Source of the DNA: Nonlabens ponticola
GTDB lineage: Bacteria; Bacteroidota; Bacteroidia; Flavobacteriales; Flavobacteriaceae
DNA: 32,000 nucleotides
Direction: 5' to 3'
NCBI RefSeq assembly: GCF_003966335.1
Contig: NZ_CP034549.1
Location: forward strand, 2,040,001 to 2,072,000
The position numbers and the translations under genes are program-made. Below, piece by piece: positions 8,862 to 15,706 of this stretch; position 1 is the stretch's first letter; each line of letters begins with the position of its first letter. Under the pieces are notes generated by a model. The model had not been told where the DNA came from. It saw only the letters and a list, made by a program, of their open reading frames with translations, and searched no databases.

Positions 8862-10094
8862 ATGAATGCACAAGATCTATTAAACATTGCACAGGAACAC
8901 GGTAGTCCTGTCTATGTCTATGATGCGGCGACGATGGTGTCGCAGTATGAACGTTTGACGTCCGCTTTTGCGAAAGTGGAAAACCTTAGAATTCACTACG
9001 CTGTAAAGGCGTTGTCAAACATTTCTATCTTGAAGCTTTTTAAACAGTTAGGCGCCAGACTCGATACCGTGAGTCTACAGGAAGTCAAGCTGGGTCTAGC
9101 GGCTGGCGTGGATCCCGCTAAAATTATCTATACGCCTAATGGCGTTTCCCTTGAGGAAATTGAGCGCGTGGCTGAGATGGGCGTGCAGATCAATATTGAC
9201 AATTTATCTATTCTTGAACAATTTGGTGCCAAGCATCCTACGGTTCCCGTTTGTGTGCGTATCAACCCGCATGTAATGGCTGGTGGTAATGCTAATATTA
9301 GCGTTGGGCATATTGATTCTAAGTTTGGTATTTCCATTCATCAAATTCCGCTATTGTTGCGCATCGTCGAGAATACAGGCATGAAAGTGAATGGCGTGCA
9401 TATGCATACCGGTAGCGATATTCTGGATATAGGCGTGTTTTTATACGCAACGGAAATTCTTTTTGAAACGGCGGCGAAGTTTAAGGATCTGGAATTTATT
9501 GACTTTGGCAGTGGTTTTAAGGTTCCTTATAAGGAAGGCGATGTATCGACTGATATTGAAGAACTAGGCGATCAACTGAGCGATAGGTTCAATGAATTTT
9601 GTAAGTCCTATGGTAAGGATATAGCGCTGGCGTTTGAGCCTGGTAAGTTTCTGGTATCGCAATCGGGCCACTTTCTGGCTCAAGTGAATGTGATCAAGCA
9701 GACGACGAGCACGGTTTTCGCACACATAGATACTGGTTTTAACCACTTGATACGTCCTATGATGTATGGTTCCTACCATGGTATTACCAACATATCTAAC
9801 ATAGATGGTAAAAACCGATTCTATAGCGTGGTAGGCTACATCTGTGAAACGGACACGTTTGCTAACAACAGACAAATTTCAGAAATCGCCGAAGGTGATA
9901 TCCTGTCGTTCTCTAATGCGGGTGCGTACTGTTTCTCCATGGCTAGCAATTACAACAGCCGCTACAGACCTGCTGAGGTGCTATGGCACAACGGCAAAGC
10001 CCACTTGATACGTGAGCGCGAGACGTTTGACGACATCTTGAACAAGCAAGTGGATGTTGAGATTGAAGTGGGTGGCGAGTTTGTTGAAGCTTAG
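8862..10094 (+). CDS. lysA: Diaminopimelate decarboxylase
   Basis: 410 aa. HYAVKA (PLP lysine), HMHTGS, EPGK/EPGR-like EPGKFLV and CETDTF are fold-type III PLP decarboxylase motifs. Confidence 0.9.
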   Translation: MNAQDLLNIAQEHGSPVYVYDAATMVSQYERLTSAFAKVENLRIHYAVKALSNISILKLFKQLGARLDTVSLQEVKLGLAAGVDPAKIIYTPNGVSLEEIERVAEMGVQINIDNLSILEQFGAKHPTVPVCVRINPHVMAGGNANISVGHIDSKFGISIHQIPLLLRIVENTGMKVNGVHMHTGSDILDIGVFLYATEILFETAAKFKDLEFIDFGSGFKVPYKEGDVSTDIEELGDQLSDRFNEFCKSYGKDIALAFEPGKFLVSQSGHFLAQVNVIKQTTSTVFAHIDTGFNHLIRPMMYGSYHGITNISNIDGKNRFYSVVGYICETDTFANNRQISEIAEGDILSFSNAGAYCFSMASNYNSRYRPAEVLWHNGKAHLIRERETFDDILNKQVDVEIEVGGEFVEA

Positions 10095-10122
10095 TTTGCA
10101 TCATATTATTAGATATGCTGTC

Positions 10123-10605
10123 ATGATGATTTTGATGGCTCTTTTGGCAAGCTGTTCAGTTATTAAATCAGACGCCGATGAAGTCGATAAGATTAGAAAA
10201 AATCAAGATTTCACGGTAATCACACCAGAAGGCTGGACACCATTTGTTGATCACCACTACTTAAGCTATACTCCTCATAAAACTGGTAAATTATTCAGGA
10301 CTTACGTGAGCGTAGAAAAATTGCCCTTAGAAGATGTTTACACTACTCTGGATGATTATGTAGATTATTGGATTAAGTATCGCAAGACAGATGAAGTAAA
10401 AAAAGCTATTTCTAGTGATTTTGATAATGCTATTCAAACAAGTACTGAACGTATTGATTACGATGGTCAAAAGCGGCGTTCAATGAATATTTATTTTGAA
10501 TATGATAATTACTATTACCAATTTGTATATTCATCAGTAGATGAAGATTACGACCAGTATTTTGAACCTGCTATGCAGATTTATGATAGTATCTCTTTTA
10601 AGTAA
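10123..10605 (+). CDS. Hypothetical lipoprotein
   Basis: I prefer the internal ATG, which gives MMILMALLASC (lipobox LLASC). The 10054 start in the track would overlap lysA by 41 nt. Confidence 0.55.
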   Translation: MMILMALLASCSVIKSDADEVDKIRKNQDFTVITPEGWTPFVDHHYLSYTPHKTGKLFRTYVSVEKLPLEDVYTTLDDYVDYWIKYRKTDEVKKAISSDFDNAIQTSTERIDYDGQKRRSMNIYFEYDNYYYQFVYSSVDEDYDQYFEPAMQIYDSISFK

Positions 10606-10613
10606 ATGGTATT

Positions 10614-10647
10614 AAACTCTCAATCTTTTCAAAGATTGAGAGTTTTT
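10614..10647 (+). terminator. Intrinsic terminator after the lipoprotein gene
   Basis: Stem aaactctcaatc/gattgagagttt followed by TTTTT. Confidence 0.7.
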
Positions 10648-10734
10648 AAATTACACATTGTTCTGTTTTGTTTACCTGGCCTGAGCTAGACGAAGGGTCT
10701 CAGCATATCACAGTCGATTACCTAAATACTACAT

Positions 10735-10770
10735 AGCTATCTATTCATGATGTAATAGATAGCTTTTTAT
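10735..10770 (+). terminator. Second, orphan intrinsic-terminator-like hairpin
   Basis: An 11-bp stem, agctatctatt (10735-10745) with aatagatagct (10754-10764), an 8-nt loop and a TTTT tail. No ORF lies upstream of it. Confidence 0.45.
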
Positions 10771-10776
10771 TTACGT

Positions 10777-10796
10777 GGATACCGCTTTCGCGAAAG
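10777..10796. repeat. Left arm of a 20-bp inverted repeat, an asymmetric variant of the palindrome family
   Basis: ggataccgctttcgcgaaag is the exact reverse complement of 15168-15187. Confidence 0.9.
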
Positions 10797-11017
10797 TTTG
10801 CTTTTTGAAAGATTCTGCGGTGTTTGAAGTGGTTTGTTGGATGTTGATGTGGTTATTGCAAGTTGGTTTTGTGTTTCTTTACCAAGATTGATGTTGGTGA
10901 AAGTCGACTTCTTTTAGAATAACGTTGCATAATACACCAGTAGAGTGTTATGTGCAAATGATTCAAACCGATCACATAACATTCTTTCTGATTCTGTATA
11001 GGTGATATAGTTTTGGG

Positions 11018-11025
11018 TATGTTTG
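11018..11025 (+). promoter_or_regulatory. Bacteroidota -7 box (TAnnTTTG) upstream of the NTase-like/DUF262 operon
   Basis: TATGTTTG, 31 nt upstream of the ATG at 11056. A second match, TAGTTTTG, lies at 11008-11015. Confidence 0.4.
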
Positions 11026-11055
11026 TATATCTACCAATAAGGCATAACTAATAAA

Positions 11056-11646
11056 ATGAATAAAGAAGAACTAATAGAACATTTGATTTCCAAATCTGAA
11101 TTGGACATTTACTATGATTATCTTTTAGGTCAAGAGGTTTGGTATTTTAAGAACAATGGAGATGACTTTAGTTCCGATTACGACTCTTTTAAAAAGTTTA
11201 TTTCTCGAAATCTAAATATCCCATTTAACAATATTTCAATTGTTGGTAGTGCTAAAACCAGATACAGCTTTTCACCGTCTAAAAAATTGTCCGAGTTCCA
11301 CGAGCATTCAGATTTTGATTTAATAATTGTTTCAAATAAACTTTTCCGAAACATTTGGGAAGCTTTTAGGGATATTTCTTCAGGACAATATTTACAAAAT
11401 TACAATCAAAAATGCGGTAATGTGTTCAGTGGATTCATAAGTATAAAAGACGACGACCCAACATACGGAAATGAAACACTCGAAAATTGGCAGAGGTCAG
11501 TACTAGCTTTTAAAGCGGAACTGCAGTTAACATTCAATATACAGCATGAAATAAACTATCGAATATACTCAGATTGGGAATCGGTTGAAGAATATCATCT
11601 GAAAGGAATAACAAAACTAAAAAACTCAGTGAATGAAACTAATTGA
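11056..11646 (+). CDS. Hypothetical protein with pol-beta-superfamily (minimal) nucleotidyltransferase-like motifs
   Basis: 196 aa. ISIVGSAKTRYS (G-S motif) is followed about 25 aa later by SDFDLIIVS (DxD). A third acidic cluster is KDDD. The gene is very AT-rich and overlaps the next gene by 14 nt. Confidence 0.45.
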   Translation: MNKEELIEHLISKSELDIYYDYLLGQEVWYFKNNGDDFSSDYDSFKKFISRNLNIPFNNISIVGSAKTRYSFSPSKKLSEFHEHSDFDLIIVSNKLFRNIWEAFRDISSGQYLQNYNQKCGNVFSGFISIKDDDPTYGNETLENWQRSVLAFKAELQLTFNIQHEINYRIYSDWESVEEYHLKGITKLKNSVNETN

Positions 11647-12703
11647 ACAAATTGACATACAACCACAAACATCTAAATGGCTTTATGACCTTAGCCAAAA
11701 AGGATTGTTAGAAGTAGATAATTCATTTCAGCGTAATTACGTTTGGACAGTAAAAAATCAAATTCAACTAATTGAGTCAATTCTTATTGGTTACCCGATA
11801 CCAGAAATTTATTTATGGAATACGGGAACAGATGAAAATACAGGAGATACTAAGTATTCAATTATTGATGGGCAACAACGATGCGGTGCTGTTTTTCAAT
11901 TTATAGCCAACACTTATAAGCTCAAAGAAAGTCACCTTGATGAGAATAATCCTAAACTTTCGACAATCAAAAATAGATTTTTCAAAGATTTGGAAACGGA
12001 AGATAAAAAGGCAATTTGGTCTTATGTGTTTTCAATACGATTGGTAAGAAATCAGGTGGAACGAGTATCTATTGTGAATATGTTTTTACGCCTTAACAGT
12101 AATAATATGACTCTGAATCCTCAAGAACTAAGAAATGCCGAATTTGAGGGTGAATTCATGAGTTTAGCTTCTAAACTATCTGAACTTAATTTTTGGGATG
12201 AAAACAAAATATTTGGTGTCGCCGATAGAAGAAGAATGAGAGATATCTCCTTTGTAAGTACGCTTTTAGTTTTCATGAAAAAAGGAATTGGTGAAGATAT
12301 CGGTAATGCCAATTTAAATCAGATTTATGATTTGTATAATGACGAATACCCTGATAAAGAAAAGGATAAGAGCAAATTCACTTCGATAATCGATGAAATA
12401 CATAAGATTATTGATAGTAATACAGAGAGAATTAAAATCTTAAAACGTCAAGTACATTTTTATACCTTATTTACAGTTTTATTTGACTTGTTAAACAATC
12501 AGGCTAATTTGACGGACAAACAAATTTCCAACTACCGCGATTTCATTGATAATTACGAAAATGAAGTTGTTTTAGCAAAATACTTCCCAGAATTAATTAG
12601 AGATATTTATCTATACAAATCTTTAGTAAAAGAAGGAACAAGACAGAAGTCTAACAGGTTTGAGAGACACAGAATATTGAAAAAAATAGTTCTGAGTAAA
12701 TAG
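11633..12703 (+). CDS. DUF262 (ParB/Srx-fold, GmrSD N-terminal-like) domain protein without a DUF1524/His-Me nuclease domain
   Basis: 356 aa. FQRNYVW..Q...LIESIL.GYPIPEIYLW, IIDGQQR (DGQQR signature) and LRLNSNNMTLNPQELRNA match the DUF262 pattern. The C-terminal half looks helical, with no H-N-H or EHxxP-type motif visible. Confidence 0.75.
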   Translation: MKLIEQIDIQPQTSKWLYDLSQKGLLEVDNSFQRNYVWTVKNQIQLIESILIGYPIPEIYLWNTGTDENTGDTKYSIIDGQQRCGAVFQFIANTYKLKESHLDENNPKLSTIKNRFFKDLETEDKKAIWSYVFSIRLVRNQVERVSIVNMFLRLNSNNMTLNPQELRNAEFEGEFMSLASKLSELNFWDENKIFGVADRRRMRDISFVSTLLVFMKKGIGEDIGNANLNQIYDLYNDEYPDKEKDKSKFTSIIDEIHKIIDSNTERIKILKRQVHFYTLFTVLFDLLNNQANLTDKQISNYRDFIDNYENEVVLAKYFPELIRDIYLYKSLVKEGTRQKSNRFERHRILKKIVLSK

Positions 12704-12939
12704 CTATGCTCAGAATTGACCATACGTAAAACTAACTAAATCGCTAAAATGGACGCATTTTATCTAAACACCAAACGAAAAGCAAAGTTCGATGAATTTC
12801 TACGCTACGCATAGCCAATATAGTTTTAGCCTATTGCCAGCATGCTTAACTTCTTGTTTTCTTCTCACTCACATACTCGCTCGTCAGAGCAAGGATGAAA
12901 ATCAGATTTTGAAAACGATCTTGTCAAGAAATTCATCCT

Positions 12940-13434
12940 ATGAAAAACTCCTTTAAACTACTGGTACTCTCTTCATGCATTATCTCATGCACTCCATCAA
13001 TTAATTTTGAAAAAGCTGAAGAATTGACCAATTTAATCGAGAGCAACAGTAAAATTTATCGATTCTCTATAAATGAGAATACAACGACTATAAATGGTAA
13101 AGAAATAATTACCAATGAAGAAGATATTGGGTATGTAAAGGAAAAGGGTTTGATGTTTGAATCTAAACGAGACAACTTACAAGAGTTGGAAATGTCAATT
13201 GAAGATTTGGAATCTTTCTTTTTCATATTTGAAAACACAAAAGCATATAGTGTAGATTTTAAGGATGGCAAAGCATATTTCATTGTGGATAGTTTTTTGG
13301 ATAATTCTAAAGGATACCTATACTCAAAAGAAGAGTTAAATACTGATAAAAGCTCAATAAAACTAAATGACGGTAATATTAAAGTTTTGGATAAAATCAG
13401 ACCAAATTGGTATAAAGCAACCGCATGGCACTAA
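12940..13434 (+). CDS. Hypothetical lipoprotein
   Basis: 164 aa. The signal and lipobox region reads LLVLSSCIISC. AT-rich, no family recognised. Confidence 0.5.
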   Translation: MKNSFKLLVLSSCIISCTPSINFEKAEELTNLIESNSKIYRFSINENTTTINGKEIITNEEDIGYVKEKGLMFESKRDNLQELEMSIEDLESFFFIFENTKAYSVDFKDGKAYFIVDSFLDNSKGYLYSKEELNTDKSSIKLNDGNIKVLDKIRPNWYKATAWH

Positions 13435-13453
13435 GTGTGAATAATTTTTCAAA

Positions 13454-14074
13454 ATGATCTTATTCATAATCCGATTTTGTAGATTCTCTTTTTTCACAGG
13501 TATGCTGCTATTAACTAGCTGCAAACAAGATAAACCAGCAGCCACGAGTCAATCGATAAATAAAAAAGCTACTACCATAACGGTATCTGAAACTCCAGTT
13601 TTCAAATACGACTCTCTTTACATTGCAAATTCATTTGATTATCCTGTAGGTAAACCTAGTGCCAAAGGCTACTACAACGCACAGAAGTTTCAAGAGAATA
13701 ATCATCTAGGTGATGACTGGAATGCTGTGACCGGTGGCAATTCTGATTTGGGCGATCCCATTTATTCCATTGCAAATGGTTATGTCAAATCTACTCAAGA
13801 TCATGGTGGTGGTTGGGGAAAAGTCGTCAGAATCATTCATCAAATGCCAAATGGCAATTTTATGGAGTCTTTGTACGCGCATTGTGAGAGCATTCTTGTA
13901 CAAGAAGGCAAATACGTAGGTAAGGGCGATCAAATCGCTACCATGGGAAACGCAGATGCAGCCTACCTCGCTCACTTGCATCTAGAGATTAGAGATAGTA
14001 TTAACAGGCAACTAGGTGCTGGTTATTCTACAGATACAGATGGTTATGTGGATCCTACTGCGTTTATTTCATAG
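13454..14074 (+). CDS. M23 (LytM/lysostaphin-type) zinc metallopeptidase, lipoprotein
   Basis: 206 aa. Lipobox LLLTSC, HLGDDW (HxxxD) and AHLHLEIR (HxH) are the M23 zinc-ligand motifs. Confidence 0.8.
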   Translation: MILFIIRFCRFSFFTGMLLLTSCKQDKPAATSQSINKKATTITVSETPVFKYDSLYIANSFDYPVGKPSAKGYYNAQKFQENNHLGDDWNAVTGGNSDLGDPIYSIANGYVKSTQDHGGGWGKVVRIIHQMPNGNFMESLYAHCESILVQEGKYVGKGDQIATMGNADAAYLAHLHLEIRDSINRQLGAGYSTDTDGYVDPTAFIS

Positions 14075-14130
14075 CATCGATAGCAGCTACATTCACTATA
14101 TTTAAGTCTCTTTAGTTGATTTAAAAAGCC

Positions 14131-14643
14131 ATGAAAAAATATCTAGTATTTATTTTCATTTTGACCGCAGCAAAAAGTTTTGCTTGTAATTGCGGAATAG
14201 TGAGACTATCAGATTTGCAACAATCAGAATTGGCAAAATCAGAATGCATATTTATAGGTGAGGTTATAGAGATCGATGATACTAATCTTACATTCAAAAT
14301 AATAGTAACTGAATCTCTCGATAGCGGTGATGCTATAGGAAATACTTACCTAGGCAAGAATTGGAAGTCATGTTCACCGGTCGTGGACGCACATGGACAA
14401 TGGATCATGTACGGGCAAATGAAAGATGGGTTTTTACGACCTAATTTATGTGGTATAAGCAGAAGCTTTGAAGACCCAATCGTTAGAAAGGTATCAAATA
14501 ATCCAAACCTCTACAGCAAAAACATCAACGACGAGGAAAGAAAAAGGCTTTTCAATAAATTACAAATTGAAAACAAGCGAAAAGCAATCACCGACCTAGA
14601 TCATGAAATCAACGCCCTGCGCAGATTAAGAGACGAGAAATAA
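14131..14643 (+). CDS. Secreted Cys-x-Cys protein with a TIMP/NTR-like cysteine pattern and a charged coiled-coil tail
   Basis: 170 aa. The signal peptide ends ..AKSFA, then CNCG. Cysteines fall at mature positions 1, 3, 21, 63 and 89. Segments such as ECIFIGEVIEI and QWIMYGQMKDGFLRPNLCG resemble the TIMP N-domain layout. Confidence 0.35.
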   Translation: MKKYLVFIFILTAAKSFACNCGIVRLSDLQQSELAKSECIFIGEVIEIDDTNLTFKIIVTESLDSGDAIGNTYLGKNWKSCSPVVDAHGQWIMYGQMKDGFLRPNLCGISRSFEDPIVRKVSNNPNLYSKNINDEERKRLFNKLQIENKRKAITDLDHEINALRRLRDEK

Positions 14644-14653
14644 ATCCACCACC

Positions 14654-15022
14654 ATGCAAGTTACAGCCGCCAAAAATGAAAAAGTAGCCCAAATGATATT
14701 TGGTAATATCTATCCGCTTTACTTAGATAGATTGATAAAAAAGGGTCGTACCAAAGAAGAACTAGACCAGGTCATCAAGTGGCTTACTGGTTATGATCAA
14801 GCAACGCTGGAACAGCTTATTGAAGAAAAGGTAACCTACCAGACCTTTTTCCAAAATGAAACCATGCACCAAAATGCCCAGATGATCAAAGGCGTAGTCT
14901 GCGGCTATCGCATAGAAGAAATCCCAGCAGAGTTTGCTGTTTATAAGCAATGCCGACAGTTAGAAAAACTTATTGATGAACTCGCTCGAGGCCGCAAAAT
15001 GGAAAAGATATTACGTTCTTGA
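14654..15022 (+). CDS. DUF2200 family protein
   Basis: 122 aa. IFGNIYPLYLDRLIKKGRTKEELDQVIKWLTGYD matches my recollection of the conserved DUF2200 N-terminus. Confidence 0.65.
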   Translation: MQVTAAKNEKVAQMIFGNIYPLYLDRLIKKGRTKEELDQVIKWLTGYDQATLEQLIEEKVTYQTFFQNETMHQNAQMIKGVVCGYRIEEIPAEFAVYKQCRQLEKLIDELARGRKMEKILRS

Positions 15023-15167
15023 AAAGTCACGCTTGACGCAATCTTATTTACTATTCTGCTTTTTCAAAGTTTTGAAATAGATTATTTATGTAAAGCAACT
15101 ACCTATCGATAGTTGAACTTCCAATCGATATCCTATCAAATTCTTTAGAAATCTGCCATTTAGCACT

Positions 15168-15187
15168 CTTTCGCGAAAGCGGTATCC
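15168..15187. repeat. Right arm of the 20-bp inverted repeat
   Basis: ctttcgcgaaagcggtatcc is the exact reverse complement of 10777-10796. Confidence 0.9.
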
Positions 15188-15370
15188 CAAATACTTTATC
15201 TAGGACCTAGGAAAAATTGTTCTAGCGTTGACAGGTGCTTACTGGCTTGGTGAATTACAAGACTATATCGAGAAAGTGACCTTTGCAGAGATCGCAATGC
15301 TTCCTAAAGCAGCTTTAACAATCAGTCGCTTTGTATTAAAATTTGGGATTGAGATATCATTATTTAAGAA

Positions 15371-15523
15371 GTGAATAAAAAACACTTAAAAATCGACATC
15401 ATCCCTAACCTTGTCAGTCCAAAGTGTACCGTAGATGGTAAACGTTGGATTATAGCCATCAAAGAATTAGGCGTTGAAGATCAAATTGAAATCGAGAGGA
15501 GTCCTTTTCAACTCAATTCATAG
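15371..15523 (+). pseudogene. Degraded N-terminal remnant of a DsbA/FrnE-family thiol oxidoreductase
   Basis: A 50-codon GTG ORF, ..LKIDIIPNLVSPKCTVDGKRWIIAIKELGVEDQIEIERSPFQLNS*. It parallels the FrnE-like N-terminus (KIDI.SD.VCPWCYIGKRRLE.A...L.....EIEW.PFQLNP). The CPWC active site has decayed to SPKC, and the rest of the gene (about 180 aa) is missing. Confidence 0.4.
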
Positions 15524-15706
15524 CGACTGATTTTACATTACAACCAGTAGTGAAATTTGTGATTAAATTAAAAATAATGTAACATACCCCATAAAAAACA
15601 GGGTTGTAAACACTAAATATGTATTTTGTGAAAAACAAACCCCATCGTTTTTACACCTAGCGTCAAAATAATTCGAAATTGCTGAAGTAAACTAAAAACG
15701 CGCACC

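Noticed and set aside
10054-10122. Upstream start for the lipoprotein gene, overlapping lysA by 41 nt
   Set aside because: - The internal ATG at 10123 gives a proper lipoprotein signal peptide (MMILMALLASC).
- The extension would place about 23 non-signal residues ahead of it.
10928-10930. Minus-strand 25-codon basic ORF starting at 10930, in the C-poor GT-rich stretch at 10820-10905
   Set aside because: - It is very short, with no motif.
- The strand-compositional oddity is mild and not repeated elsewhere.
12749-12814. 21-codon ORF (MDAFYLNTKRKAKFDEFLRYA) in the gap after the DUF262 gene
   Set aside because: - It is too short, and I recognise no family.
- It could be a gene fragment or chance, and cannot be supported from sequence alone.
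10651-15706. Calling the lysA-ald block a mobile element, or one integrated at a tRNA
   Set aside because: - No integrase, transposase or recombinase is present.
- No tRNA or direct-repeat att sites are recognisable.
- Only the 20-bp inverted repeat and the compositional shift support foreign origin, so it is reported as a finding rather than annotated as a mobile_element feature.
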